Below the pieces are notes generated by a model. That model searched no databases and was not told the origin of the DNA. It saw only the letters and a list, made by a program, of their open reading frames with translations. Positions 40,186 to 51,110 of a stretch of 64,000 nt of DNA are shown here, one piece after another. Source of the stretch: Oligoflexales bacterium (GTDB lineage: Bacteria; Bdellovibrionota_B; Oligoflexia; Oligoflexales; JAPPIL01); contig OZ244057.1 of assembly GCA_965215515.1 (NCBI GenBank), positions 1,696,001 to 1,760,000 on the forward strand. The letters are read 5' to 3'. How positions within the stretch are numbered: position 1 is the stretch's first letter; the number at the start of each line of letters is the position of its first letter. The position numbers and the translations under genes were made by a program.

Positions 40186-42627
40186 GTGCCTGGGCAAGAG
40201 GAACGCGGCATCGTCAAGGTGGGTAGAGAGTTCCCGCTGTTGCCCCTGAAGGATATTGTCGTCTTTCCGCATATGGTTGTGCCTGTCTTCACCAGCGAAG
40301 ACATCTGCGCCAATGCTATCGACAATGCCGTGCAGAATGACAGGCGTATTTTTCTTTCTGCTTTCTGTAGTCAAGAAGAAGATGATCGTCTGCCCACTTC
40401 GCTGCCTCCGCCTTTCGATGTCTACGATATGGGGCTTATCTGCTCGATAATCCGCACTCGCAAACTCTCCGATGGACGGGTACGAGTGCTGGTGCAAGGG
40501 GGGGAGAGAGCAAAGATCACCCATCTCGTGCAGTGTGAGCCGTATCCACTGGTCAATGTGCAGCCTGTGTTGGTGCAGAGCACTCAGCACAACACCGCAG
40601 AGGTCGAAGCTTTAGCCCGTGCCGTGCGGGAAAATCTTGAAACGGTTGTCAGTTTGGGCAAGCTTTTGCCTCCCGATATGTTGATGGTGCTCGAAGATGT
40701 CGATGACCCAGCGCGTCTTTCCGATCTCGTTGCTGCGCATCTCAGCCTCAAGGTGCAGGAGGCGCAGGGTGTGCTCACTATCTCTTCGCCACTCGAACGC
40801 TTGCGCAAGGTGTGCAATTTTCTGGCACGAGAGATCGAAGTTTTTCGTATGCAGATAAAGATTCAGTCGCAGGCGCGGGAAGAAATTGGCAAAGTGCAAA
40901 AGGAACACTATCTGCGCGAACAGATAAAGGTGATGAAAAACGAGCTCGGCGACGGCGATGTGAAGGATGAGATAGCGGAGTTGTGGCAGCAAGTGAAGAG
41001 GATCAGGCTCAGTCCTCGTGCCAAAGACGAGGCTGTGCGTCACATTAAGCGGCTGGAGAAAATGCACCACGATACCAGCGAGGCGAGTCTTACCCGTGCG
41101 TGGCTGGAACACATCTTTGCTTTACCGTGGGAAGTTTTCACTGTGGACAACCTCGATTTGAAGTTTGTCAAGGAGGTACTTGATAGCGATCACTTTGGTT
41201 TGCAGACGGTGAAGGATCGTATCATTGAGTATCTGGCGGTCAAAAAGCTCAATCCTGCGGCCTCCAGTCCTATTTTGTGTTTTGTCGGTCCGCCAGGGGT
41301 AGGGAAGACCAGTCTCGGTCGTTCGATTGCGAGGGCGATGGGCAGAAAGTTTGCCCGTGTTGCTCTCGGCGGTGTGCGTGACGAAGCTGATATCCGTGGC
41401 CATCGCAAGACTTATGTCGGTGCGTATCCAGGGCGTATTTTGCAGTGTTTAAAATTTGCCGAGAGCAGTAATCCTGTCATTATGCTCGATGAAGTCGATA
41501 AAATCGGCGCTGATCATCGTGGTGATCCTGCCGCGGCGTTGCTTGAAGCACTTGATGCTGAACAAAATGCAACTTTTGTCGATCATTATCTCGGTGTGGA
41601 ATTCGATCTTTCGCGGGTGTTGTTCATTGCCAACGCGAACACGATGGCCACTGTGCCGCACGCTTTGCGTGATAGGCTGGAAGTCATCGACATCTCTGGC
41701 TATTCGGAGGCGGAGAAAATTTCTATTGCCAGTCACTTCCTTGTCCCCAAACAGTTGTCCGAAGCTGGTTTAAACAGCAAAGGTTTGCAGGTTAGTTTCA
41801 GTCGAGCTGCGCTCAGCAAGGTTATCAACGGCTACACCCGCGAGAGTGGTTTGCGTACGTTGGAGAAAAAAATCGCTTCGGTCTGTCGCAAAATTGCTCG
41901 CCAGGTTGTGGAAACGAACGTCACGACCCGTGCCATTAAGGTTACTCCGCGTCAGATCGTACGTCAGCTCGGTGCTGGATGTGTCGATAGCTTTCACTAT
42001 CGTAATGCACAGCGTGGTGTAGCTTTGGCACTTGCCTACACTCCGTTCGGGGGTGAGATGCTGGCGATCGAAACCAATGTGTTGCGCAACGCACAGACAC
42101 GTTTGAAGTTGACAGGGCAGATCGGCGAAGTGATGAACGAGTCGGCGCAGACCGCACTGAGTTTCGTTGTTGGCAATGCGGCGTTTTTTGGCTTTGATGC
42201 CAAGTTGTTGACCGCTAATGAGATTCACATTCACATACCAGCGGGTGCAACTCCTAAGGACGGCCCCAGTGCGGGCATCAGCATCACGACCTCTATCTTA
42301 TCTGCCGTGCTCAACGTCGCCCCACCGCAGGCTGTCGCCCTCAGCGGCGAAATAACTCTGCACGGACGTGTGTTGCCTGTGGGTGGGCTGAAGGAGAAGT
42401 TTCTCGCCGCACAACGTCACCGTGTTTTTGCGATTGTCTTGCCGTCTCAAAACCGCCCCGCTGTGCAAGAGCTGACCGCAGATATCAAGAAAAACATCAA
42501 GATCCACTATGTCGAGGACTACTTCACGGCTTTCCGTCTCCTCTTTAATCTTGAGCACAATCACGATTACCATCGACCAGAGTCGCACCCGACGACTCCC
42601 AGCAGAACCTTTCTAAACGTTTCCTAG
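40186..42627 (+). CDS. lon: Lon protease (endopeptidase La)
   Basis: PLLPL.D.VVFP, GPPGVGKTS, LDEVDK, PKDGPSAG, GGLKEK. Confidence 0.98.
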   Translation: MPGQEERGIVKVGREFPLLPLKDIVVFPHMVVPVFTSEDICANAIDNAVQNDRRIFLSAFCSQEEDDRLPTSLPPPFDVYDMGLICSIIRTRKLSDGRVRVLVQGGERAKITHLVQCEPYPLVNVQPVLVQSTQHNTAEVEALARAVRENLETVVSLGKLLPPDMLMVLEDVDDPARLSDLVAAHLSLKVQEAQGVLTISSPLERLRKVCNFLAREIEVFRMQIKIQSQAREEIGKVQKEHYLREQIKVMKNELGDGDVKDEIAELWQQVKRIRLSPRAKDEAVRHIKRLEKMHHDTSEASLTRAWLEHIFALPWEVFTVDNLDLKFVKEVLDSDHFGLQTVKDRIIEYLAVKKLNPAASSPILCFVGPPGVGKTSLGRSIARAMGRKFARVALGGVRDEADIRGHRKTYVGAYPGRILQCLKFAESSNPVIMLDEVDKIGADHRGDPAAALLEALDAEQNATFVDHYLGVEFDLSRVLFIANANTMATVPHALRDRLEVIDISGYSEAEKISIASHFLVPKQLSEAGLNSKGLQVSFSRAALSKVINGYTRESGLRTLEKKIASVCRKIARQVVETNVTTRAIKVTPRQIVRQLGAGCVDSFHYRNAQRGVALALAYTPFGGEMLAIETNVLRNAQTRLKLTGQIGEVMNESAQTALSFVVGNAAFFGFDAKLLTANEIHIHIPAGATPKDGPSAGISITTSILSAVLNVAPPQAVALSGEITLHGRVLPVGGLKEKFLAAQRHRVFAIVLPSQNRPAVQELTADIKKNIKIHYVEDYFTAFRLLFNLEHNHDYHRPESHPTTPSRTFLNVS

Positions 42628-42783
42628 CACTACAAGCATGCGTGCGGAGGGACTGGCTCGTGCCTATCGTTTCGTTATGGTGCGGGGTTTTTAGGGCGGT
42701 GCTGGCAGCGTGGGTTTTTGAAGAGATCGCTCGTGCTACACACGAGCTTGTGCTGCTCGCGTGATAACCGCGCCGATCGGTAT

Positions 42784-43755
42784 TTATGGAACAGTAATCG
42801 CGACAGGATCAGTATACTCCCAACGCCCCGAAACCTCTGAGAAACCACCGACACGCAGCTTATACGAGCCCGCCATGACCCCGCTGAGCTGCACTGAAGT
42901 TCCTACCGTGGCGAAACGATAGTTGGGGTTAGAAAAATCGCCTGCAGAAATTTCCACCCGATAGTAGGAAATTTTTTCATCACCCATCCACGACACACTG
43001 CCATCGCCGCCGATGGATTCCCCCGCACTAGGTTGTGACAATGCGATATTGCGACGCGGCGGCGCACTGATGGTAAACGACTGCGTCTTGCCATACGAGC
43101 TGCCGTCGGCATTTTCTAACCGCCAATACCACCTGCCAGGCCAGGCATCCCGCAAACCGTAACTGTTATTGCCACTCACCCGTATGCGCAGCTCTGGTGA
43201 AGACATGCTGCTGCGCCGTGCGAACACGATGTAGTCGGCAGCACCCTCCCATTGAAAAAGCGCATCGCCCGTCGTTTCATCGTAGCCGCGCATCTGTCCG
43301 CTGCTCGGCATAACAGCTTGCATGTCACCGCGCACACCCATCATCTCCATCTCGGGTACCGCCATGGTCTCGGCAGGCATGGCTTCCTCGGCAGGCATGG
43401 CTTCCTCGGCAGGCATGACCTCCTCGGCAGGCATGGTGTCCCTCACGGGCAGATCTGCGGGCGGTGTAACCACCTCGCTAGCAAGCTCTTCTCCAGGCAA
43501 GGGTGGCACGACTACATTTTTCTCGCTCCCATCGCTGAAAACAAAGAAGACGGCGGCGAGAACGAGCAGCAATGCCGCGGCTGCACCGCCGATAATCATG
43601 TACTTTTTGCGGTTCGAGTCGGAGAACGTTCCCTCGCTGAACAACCGCGAAACGGCACTAGTGCTCGCACCAGCAGTGCCTCCTCCCAACCCAAGTTCGT
43701 TGGTTTCGAGATTTTCCGATTCAAAATCGTCTTGCTGTGTTTCTCCAAGCATCAT
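42784..43755 (-). CDS. single-pass membrane protein with MPAEE repeat linker and two FN3/Ig-like beta domains
   Basis: Acidic N-terminus, TM, (MPAEEA)n, PGRWYWRL and GSYKLRV strands. Confidence 0.75.
   Translation of the reverse strand: MMLGETQQDDFESENLETNELGLGGGTAGASTSAVSRLFSEGTFSDSNRKKYMIIGGAAAALLLVLAAVFFVFSDGSEKNVVVPPLPGEELASEVVTPPADLPVRDTMPAEEVMPAEEAMPAEEAMPAETMAVPEMEMMGVRGDMQAVMPSSGQMRGYDETTGDALFQWEGAADYIVFARRSSMSSPELRIRVSGNNSYGLRDAWPGRWYWRLENADGSSYGKTQSFTISAPPRRNIALSQPSAGESIGGDGSVSWMGDEKISYYRVEISAGDFSNPNYRFATVGTSVQLSGVMAGSYKLRVGGFSEVSGRWEYTDPVAITVP
43364..43436 (-). repeat. 18-bp coding tandem repeat (MPAEEx, 4 copies)
   Basis: (cctcggcaggcatggctt)-type units read directly. Confidence 0.9.
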
Positions 43756-44103
43756 CTCTCCCTTTGGCAAAGAAAACGACCTGCCAGGACACTCGGATGA
43801 GTGTCTTCTCAACTTTAGGGGCGTGAAAAATAAAATTTGCTCGCGTTTGGCAAATTGTTCAATAAACACACTGAACAACCGCCTCTTCAAGGTAGTATGT
43901 CATCAAGCTGGACACTGGTGCGAACGCACGGCAAAGAAAGCACGTCTGCGTGATACATCATGATGAAACAGTTCATTCTGATGACATGTTGCACACTGTG
44001 TTAGTATTGAAGTGTAGCAAGTTCTCCGTGTATGACATAACCGCGAGAATGGCTTGGCGTGTGCTTGCCGCGCTTCTCGTCATGAATACACAATGGGTCT
44101 ATT

Positions 44104-47100
44104 TTGAAGAAATCGTATCGCATCTGGCTGGCGGTGCTCGTCGTCGGCGCGTTTCTGGTCTTCTTTGGTGACCTGGCACTCGATCGCACCCTCAACTCCG
44201 CCCTTTTGCGGACGCTGCTGCAAGATAAAATCGGAGCAATGCTAGGTCTTACCTTCGATTATCGTGCGGTGCGGGTCTCCTTCCTCCCTTTGGGGATAGA
44301 ATTTCGGGACATCGAGGCACGCCGTGCCGACGAGCAAGAATTTCGTGCCACACGCGCGACCGCGGATCTCTCGTGGTGGTCGTTGTTCATGGGCACACCC
44401 AAAGTCGGCAACTTTCGCATCGAGAAGCCTGTCGTGCGCTTCACGCGACAATCTACGGAGACGGCGACCGCGGCGAACAACACAGAAAATACTGTATGGC
44501 ACTGGCCGCAGCTGGTCACACACAGGCTGGAACGTCTCAGTATCAGTGACCCTGATCTGCTTTTAGATTTCACCTCGGCCGCGGGGCAACACCACCTGCT
44601 CAGCGTGCAAGGCGGTGAACTACGGCTTGACTTTCGTTCCCCCGCCAAAGTGCTGATCACACTACATCTCGATGCGGTCAACTACCGTCACGACGACAAG
44701 CAGCGCGTGCAGGACTTGTCGCTTGCGGCTGAGGGCGAGCTTGGCGGGCAGGGGTTTGCTTTCAACATCGAGCGATTGCACGCCAACCATATCGAACAAC
44801 TGCGAGGTAAAGTGCAAGGCAGCACGGTCGTTAACGCACAGGGGGAGATGACCGCTCCGCTACAAGTGCAGGGTGATTTTGCGCTGCGCGGTGATCTTGC
44901 ACTGCTCGACACACTGCTCAACATCGAGCGCAGTCAGGGACGCAGCCGCGCAGACTTCAGCCTCGCGATGCGTTTTGCCCCCGACTCGGCAGTCGCTTTC
45001 AGGGCGGAGGGGCGCGCAAAAGTGACACAGGCAGTGCTCGGCGGGATCAAGGTGCATGACAGCGAGGCATATTTGACTGTCACTCCTCGACAGTTACGTT
45101 TCCGAGATGGCAGGCTCATCGTCGCGGGCCAGCCCCGCGGTACTTTCCGCGGCGTGATAAACTTCGCTGCCCCTGTTATCTTTGACTTCGAGGGGACGAT
45201 CACACCGCTACCCTTTGCTGAGTTGATGTCTACCTTCAACACTGAACTCGACCTGTTCAACTTCGACATCGCGACTCCCCATGTGCACGTGCACGGCACG
45301 GGGAAACCTTTTTCGCTACAGGTGCAGGCGAACACGCACCTTTCGGCAGTGCAAATCTACACCCTGCGCAACCACCGCCCTCCCCCCGTCTGTGCGCTGC
45401 AACTCGACCTCCGTTCCGATCGCCAGCACCTGCACTTCCAGCATTTGCGTGGCAGCTGCACTCGCGGGGGACACGACTCTGGGGCACTCGCCCTGCACGG
45501 CAAGATTGCCTACGGTACGGGACAACTCGATCTGCACATCACCGCACCAGCTTTAAACCTCGCCGCACTGGATTTTCTCTCTCCCCAAACACTGCGAGGG
45601 GAGGGGGCGTTAACGACCACCCTCCGTGGCACAGGCAGTGGAGTGGTGGTCAGTAGCAAAATCGCGCTGCGCAACGTACAGCTGAACGACCACAAGATAG
45701 GTGCTATCGTCGGGGAATTGGACTTTCATCGCCATTTCGTCGCGTGGCGGGCGGTGCGTCTGCGCGCGGCACACGGGGGAGAAGTACTGTCATCGCGGGG
45801 TAGGCTTACCTACGCGGATTTGCGTTTCAATGCGCACCTCACGGGGCATGATATGCGTGCCGTTGACCTGCAGCCCTTGCTGCAACAGGCGAAGTTACCG
45901 TTGTCGTTCGGGATCGACAAGCTTACCGCGCGGCTGTCTGGTTTTCTGCCCTTCCCGCTCGCGTATCGAGGTACACTGCGAGCACAGGTGCGGGAGCTGC
46001 GGGCAACAGAGGGTGAAAGGATTGCCGATGCCGCTAGTTTCGCGGTCGAGACGGGTAAACGCGGCTGGCGGCTGACTCTACACAGTTTGCAGCGCGGGGC
46101 ATTGATGCTGCATGGCACGGTTACGCAGCGGCGGCGGGTCACTCTGGTGCGGGAAAAGTTTGCTGCCTCGCCGCATCTGTGGGAACGTCTCGGCCTGAGT
46201 CGTCGGGATAGACTACGGGTGCAGCTCAGCGCACAGCAGAAGGACAAAACAGCACAGCAACTGCCGTATCTCGGTGAGTATTTTGCGGCACGTTTCACCG
46301 TTTTCCGCCTCAAGTTAGCGGGCGCGGTGCAGAATCTACGCGGCGAAGTACAGGCGGAGCTCGCTACCGTCATGTTGGCGGGGCTACAACTCGGCACGTT
46401 GCGTCTCGCGGGGGAAGTCGATGGCGGCACGGTGGCGGTACAGCTGCACAATGCCACGCGTAGTTTGTGGGGACAGGTGCAGGTAGATTTGGCGGTGGCA
46501 CAACTGCCGTTCACCTGGCAGTTGTCGTGCGATGCCTTCGATATGCGGCAGTTGTGGGGACACGATGGTGACGAGAACAACTATGCACGTGTGAGCGGGC
46601 GGTGGGATATGCGGGGCAAGTTGTTACGATGGTTCGATGCCAGTGGGGAAGTGTCGCTTGCGACATTGCAGGTGCGGCATCGTTCTGATCCCACCAGAGA
46701 GCGGGCTTTCTCGCTGCGCTTGCAAGAGCCGCGGCGTATTTTGTTCACGCGTGGTGAGCTAGCGGTGGTAGGAGATAAGAAAATCACCTTCCACAGCGGC
46801 GACTCGCTATTGGTGCTGACAGCGCTCCCTGAGAGCACATTGCGGCAGCCGAGATTGGATGTGCACGGGGTGATCGACACTGCAATTCTGCCGCACTTCT
46901 TGGACGAGGTAGATATCTCGACAGGTTTTTTGCAGTTGGATGGCAAGCTGCGTTGGCAGCGCAATGAATCGCAATTCAGTCTGGAGGTGGAACGTCTATC
47001 TCCGCTGGCCATCAGTGTTGCAGGTCTACGTCCTGCTTTTAACGACATCGATATCCGTGCCAGCTATCGCCGCGGGACGTTGCGCATCGAGAAACTACAG

Positions 47101-48195
47101 GGGCGCAAGGGTGAGGGCTTGATCGTAGCGCAGGGCGAGATTCATTGGCGTGACAGGGAGCAGAGTTTCTTGCAACTTGATTTGCGCAATGCCCACTTCA
47201 TTCATCCTATTCTGGGGTTCAAGAACACGGAGTTGCATCTCGATGGGGATTTGACGCTCAGGTGGCGTGAGCTACCGCTTGCTTTAGAGGGGAAGTTGAC
47301 GGTGACCAGAGCTTCTAATTTCAGCGATTTCGACATCCGCAAGGTAATTCTGGCCAGCTTCGGGGGGAAAAAATACCGTTCTACGTCGTCGCTCCGCGCG
47401 GCGACGGTTAACTTTGACCTCAACATCGTTGCTGATCGATCCTTGACCATCGAGAACCGTAACATGCAAGCGCAGCTGTCGGCACGTCTGCTGTTGCGCG
47501 GCGATAACGTCACGCCGCAGCTCAGCGGGTTTGTGAAAATCGAGCGCGGGCGGTTTGTCTATCGCCGCAGTTTTAGTTTGACTAGGGGCATGATAAGTTT
47601 CGACGGCGGGCGGCGTATCGATCCGCACCTCGACATTCGGGCGACCAGTGAAGTCTCTCCCTATGTTGTCGATTTGCTCATCACAGGCACGGCCTCCGAG
47701 CCTATCGGAGAACTTACGGTTACGCCTGCGTTGCGCGACGACGGCACGACCATCAGCAAGGCGGATATTCTGATGTTGTTGAGTCGAGGTGCGCTGCCCG
47801 ATCCTGATAAGTCACTCACCGACACGGGCAGTGCGGGTTTTTCGGAGGTGACCAACGTGTTGGTAGGGCAATTCGAGCAACCGCTGGAAGATCTTCTGAA
47901 ACGGTCTGGGCAGGATGTCATCAGTCGCATCTTTATCAACACGTATGTTTCGCCCGAAGGGGTGCTGTATCCGAAATTAACCGCACCGATAAACCTGCCG
48001 TGGCGAGATTGGGGGTTGAGTTTGCAGGTCGATCCCTACATGTGGAAGTTGTTGACCGAGTATCCCATTCACGACAGTATCACACTGTCGGGTAGTATTT
48101 CGGGGCGTAGTCGCGATGACGAAGAAAAGTTGGAAACGCGGGACAGTGCTAATGATCAGGCGGTGGATCTCAAGTTTCGCTTTAGCATTCCCTAG
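44104..48195 (+). CDS. tamB: TamB/AsmA-like translocation and assembly module protein
   Basis: 1363-aa beta-rich protein, N-terminal TM, C-terminal G.I.F.G...IDP.LDI.A motif, ends FRFSIP; coupled to an Omp85 gene. Confidence 0.85.
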   Translation: MKKSYRIWLAVLVVGAFLVFFGDLALDRTLNSALLRTLLQDKIGAMLGLTFDYRAVRVSFLPLGIEFRDIEARRADEQEFRATRATADLSWWSLFMGTPKVGNFRIEKPVVRFTRQSTETATAANNTENTVWHWPQLVTHRLERLSISDPDLLLDFTSAAGQHHLLSVQGGELRLDFRSPAKVLITLHLDAVNYRHDDKQRVQDLSLAAEGELGGQGFAFNIERLHANHIEQLRGKVQGSTVVNAQGEMTAPLQVQGDFALRGDLALLDTLLNIERSQGRSRADFSLAMRFAPDSAVAFRAEGRAKVTQAVLGGIKVHDSEAYLTVTPRQLRFRDGRLIVAGQPRGTFRGVINFAAPVIFDFEGTITPLPFAELMSTFNTELDLFNFDIATPHVHVHGTGKPFSLQVQANTHLSAVQIYTLRNHRPPPVCALQLDLRSDRQHLHFQHLRGSCTRGGHDSGALALHGKIAYGTGQLDLHITAPALNLAALDFLSPQTLRGEGALTTTLRGTGSGVVVSSKIALRNVQLNDHKIGAIVGELDFHRHFVAWRAVRLRAAHGGEVLSSRGRLTYADLRFNAHLTGHDMRAVDLQPLLQQAKLPLSFGIDKLTARLSGFLPFPLAYRGTLRAQVRELRATEGERIADAASFAVETGKRGWRLTLHSLQRGALMLHGTVTQRRRVTLVREKFAASPHLWERLGLSRRDRLRVQLSAQQKDKTAQQLPYLGEYFAARFTVFRLKLAGAVQNLRGEVQAELATVMLAGLQLGTLRLAGEVDGGTVAVQLHNATRSLWGQVQVDLAVAQLPFTWQLSCDAFDMRQLWGHDGDENNYARVSGRWDMRGKLLRWFDASGEVSLATLQVRHRSDPTRERAFSLRLQEPRRILFTRGELAVVGDKKITFHSGDSLLVLTALPESTLRQPRLDVHGVIDTAILPHFLDEVDISTGFLQLDGKLRWQRNESQFSLEVERLSPLAISVAGLRPAFNDIDIRASYRRGTLRIEKLQGRKGEGLIVAQGEIHWRDREQSFLQLDLRNAHFIHPILGFKNTELHLDGDLTLRWRELPLALEGKLTVTRASNFSDFDIRKVILASFGGKKYRSTSSLRAATVNFDLNIVADRSLTIENRNMQAQLSARLLLRGDNVTPQLSGFVKIERGRFVYRRSFSLTRGMISFDGGRRIDPHLDIRATSEVSPYVVDLLITGTASEPIGELTVTPALRDDGTTISKADILMLLSRGALPDPDKSLTDTGSAGFSEVTNVLVGQFEQPLEDLLKRSGQDVISRIFINTYVSPEGVLYPKLTAPINLPWRDWGLSLQVDPYMWKLLTEYPIHDSITLSGSISGRSRDDEEKLETRDSANDQAVDLKFRFSIP

Positions 48196-51076
48196 CCGCA
48201 GTCTTTGGGCTGTGTTGTTGCTGTGGTGGGGGGAGGTGCAGGGACAGGCGGCCGCCTGGACGATCGAGGGATTCTCTTTACCCGCCACGGAATTCAGTGA
48301 GTTGCAAGCCCGTTTTCCTCGACTCGATACAGCTACCGAGCTTCAGCAGCTGCTGGAATATTTGGCACACCAGCGCAGGTTTGCCGAGTTGCGGATCATT
48401 CAGCGGAACGGCACGTGGGTGGTGCAGGGTGAATTGGCGGCGGAGATCACTGCCATCGACATCAGCACGGTTACCTATTATCTGCGCCGCGAGTTAGAGA
48501 CGATTACGGGCAAATATATCGGGCGGGTCGATTCGCTCACCAAGCGTTTACAATTGAAGCAGGAACTCAAGCGACTGCTGCGTGCCAAAGGATTTCCGCA
48601 AGCGACGGTAGTATTGCGGTCATTCCGAGAACAGGAGAAGGTGGGCTATCGGCTGCAGGTGGATAAAAATTATCCCTGTATTGTGAGCGAGATTGTGTTC
48701 CCTTTCGTCTTGCCTGATGATTTTGAGTTGGCGGTAAAGAGCGGCGATCTCTGTGATCTCGGCGAGGTGCGTACCGCGGTGGAAGAGTTGCGCAAAGAGT
48801 TGCGTACGGCAGGTTATCGTGAGGTACGTTTACGTTTCGACAAGATAAGTTACGACACGACAGCACGGCAAGGCGCAGTTGAACTGTCGGGGCAGTTAGG
48901 GAAAAAGATCACCTACGTTTTTGTCGATGAGGATGGCGATCCCCTGGCAGATTTTTTTCTCGAAGATGTGAACACCGAAGTAACGGTAGGCGGACAAGAG
49001 GCGTTAGCGGCGGCACTGCAGCGCCGTTTGCGCAGTCGTGGGTATGTGCAGGCTAGCGTCGCGTCCCCGACCATCGAGACTACCGCGGCAGCGACCACCT
49101 ATCGTTATGTCGTTGCCGTGGGGGAGAAATTCAACCTGCTGGCAGTGCGCTTTGTCGGCACTAACTTTATCACCGCGGCACGTGCCGCGGCACTGGCCGA
49201 TATCGAAGAATTTTCGCAAGAGGAAGTACGGGCGGGGCTGGCTCGTCTCTCGGCTTTTTACCGTGAGCATGGTTTTCCGCAGGTACAGATGCGTGAGGCG
49301 CGGCCTGATTATGACATGCGGGCGAAGACCGTGCGGTTGGTGATCACGGTGAACGAAGGGCAGCAACGGCACTTCAGTTACTTGACGGTGCAGGGGAATC
49401 GCTTCCTGAGCACGCAGCAGATCCGTGCCATGCTGGCGGTCGAGGAGGGCGATGCTTTAGATCAGCGTAAGGTACGAGAGTTTGAGCAGAATTTAGTCGC
49501 GGCGTATCAGCGGTACGGTTTTACTTATGCCCAGCTGGAGCTAAAAATAGACGTGCCCGATGTCACCAGCACTGCGACACGGTTGGTGTTGGAGGTGACG
49601 GAGAATCAGCGGATGAGGTTCGGGGCGTTGCGGATAATCGGGTTACAGCGCACGCGGCGTAAGGTCGTGACCCGTGAGGTGCTGTTTAAGCACGGTGACT
49701 GGTACGATAACGAAAAGTTGGCCGCGACGGAACGAGCCTTGAGCAAGTTGGGTATTTTTAGTTTGGTGCAGGTATATGCCGAGCGCACAACCCCTGCCGA
49801 ACGGCAACGGGAGTACATCGGTGTCGTTATCGAAATCAAGGAAGGCAGGCCAGGGCAGTTGAGTTTTGGGCCTGGTTTTAGTTTTCGGCGTGGTTTGCGT
49901 TACAGTGCCAGCGTGGCGTGGAATAACATTCTGGGGACGGGGCGTAAGGTACGCTTGCGAGCCGCGTTCAGTGAGGAGCACCATCAGAAACCGATCGCGG
50001 TAGAGAGTTTACTCGGCACAAAAATGAGCGCTATTTATTTCGAGCCGTATTTTCTGAATTTTCCCCTGCTCGGTATTCTATCGTTGGTGCGTTCTGCCGA
50101 GGCGGATGAATATCAGCGCTTTAAAAGTTCAGCGGAAGGCACGTTAATTTACGAGTTGTTTACGGAAGGGAAGTTAAGTGTTTACTATGGACAAAAGGCA
50201 AACCGTACCAAGGGCACACAGGAACAAAAAACCAACCTTATTACTTCGCAAGAGGTACGTATTGGCGAGGCGGGAGTGCGTTTTTCGCTCGATCGCCGCG
50301 ATCGTGTCTCCTGGCCTGCTAAAGGTTTGACGCTTGATCTTGATTTAAGTTGGGCGCGCTATTTTCTTGCCAGCGATCTTGAGTATTTTAAATTTAATCT
50401 GGTCAACAACTATTTTTTCAGCTTGCAGCAGGATTTAGTGTTTGCCCTTTCGCTTTCTTACACATCCTACTCGCAGGTGCAGCGCAAACACAGTAAGGTG
50501 GGCATCTTACCAGCCTCGGAAAGACTGATGATCGGGGGCTCGGATTCGGTGCGGGGGTTTTCGGGAGCTAATAACTTAGGCCCGTATGTGCGTTACTACG
50601 ATGCGGAAGGCGGGCGTTATGAAAACGAGGTTACGGGTGGCACGCACAGGTCGTTGCTCAAGTTTGAAATCAGGTATCAGTTTCTGCGTGATTTTTTGGC
50701 TGCGAGTATATTTATCGACAGTGGCAATACTTTCTTCTCTGCTGCGGAAGAGCAGGAGTACCGTGATTTTCTTGCCGCGCAGGAACGTGCCGATGCACGT
50801 CAGCGTTCCGAATTGTATGATAACTTTAATTATAAACTGGGCGATCTGCTCACTAGGCCACAGTATTTGTTGACCAAACACTATATTGCGCAGGGGGTAG
50901 GGATAAACTACCTGAGCCCCATCGGTCTGGTCAATGTGGCATGGGGTTTCCCGCTCAGTCAACCGTGGGAGGAGGGTTGTCGGCAGTCGAGCTGGCACTG
51001 CCGCGATCGCAGGCTCGCCAAGCAGCACTGGTATCAGCGCGGGCGTTTCCACTTCAATGTCGGGGCACGGTTTTGA
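48152..51076 (+). CDS. BamA/TamA-family (Omp85) outer-membrane protein with multiple POTRA domains
   Basis: POTRA repeats (F.G..F...Y...G[FY]), GGSDSVRGF loop, SPIG, C-terminal FHFNVGARF. Confidence 0.92.
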   Translation: MIRRWISSFALAFPSRSLWAVLLLWWGEVQGQAAAWTIEGFSLPATEFSELQARFPRLDTATELQQLLEYLAHQRRFAELRIIQRNGTWVVQGELAAEITAIDISTVTYYLRRELETITGKYIGRVDSLTKRLQLKQELKRLLRAKGFPQATVVLRSFREQEKVGYRLQVDKNYPCIVSEIVFPFVLPDDFELAVKSGDLCDLGEVRTAVEELRKELRTAGYREVRLRFDKISYDTTARQGAVELSGQLGKKITYVFVDEDGDPLADFFLEDVNTEVTVGGQEALAAALQRRLRSRGYVQASVASPTIETTAAATTYRYVVAVGEKFNLLAVRFVGTNFITAARAAALADIEEFSQEEVRAGLARLSAFYREHGFPQVQMREARPDYDMRAKTVRLVITVNEGQQRHFSYLTVQGNRFLSTQQIRAMLAVEEGDALDQRKVREFEQNLVAAYQRYGFTYAQLELKIDVPDVTSTATRLVLEVTENQRMRFGALRIIGLQRTRRKVVTREVLFKHGDWYDNEKLAATERALSKLGIFSLVQVYAERTTPAERQREYIGVVIEIKEGRPGQLSFGPGFSFRRGLRYSASVAWNNILGTGRKVRLRAAFSEEHHQKPIAVESLLGTKMSAIYFEPYFLNFPLLGILSLVRSAEADEYQRFKSSAEGTLIYELFTEGKLSVYYGQKANRTKGTQEQKTNLITSQEVRIGEAGVRFSLDRRDRVSWPAKGLTLDLDLSWARYFLASDLEYFKFNLVNNYFFSLQQDLVFALSLSYTSYSQVQRKHSKVGILPASERLMIGGSDSVRGFSGANNLGPYVRYYDAEGGRYENEVTGGTHRSLLKFEIRYQFLRDFLAASIFIDSGNTFFSAAEEQEYRDFLAAQERADARQRSELYDNFNYKLGDLLTRPQYLLTKHYIAQGVGINYLSPIGLVNVAWGFPLSQPWEEGCRQSSWHCRDRRLAKQHWYQRGRFHFNVGARF

Positions 51077-51110
51077 CGCGACTAGGGCGTGTCGCCGCAC
51101 AGTGGCTTTT

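Noticed and set aside
43756..43900. Riboswitch upstream of the membrane-protein gene
   Set aside because: One hairpin only; no known aptamer consensus recognised.
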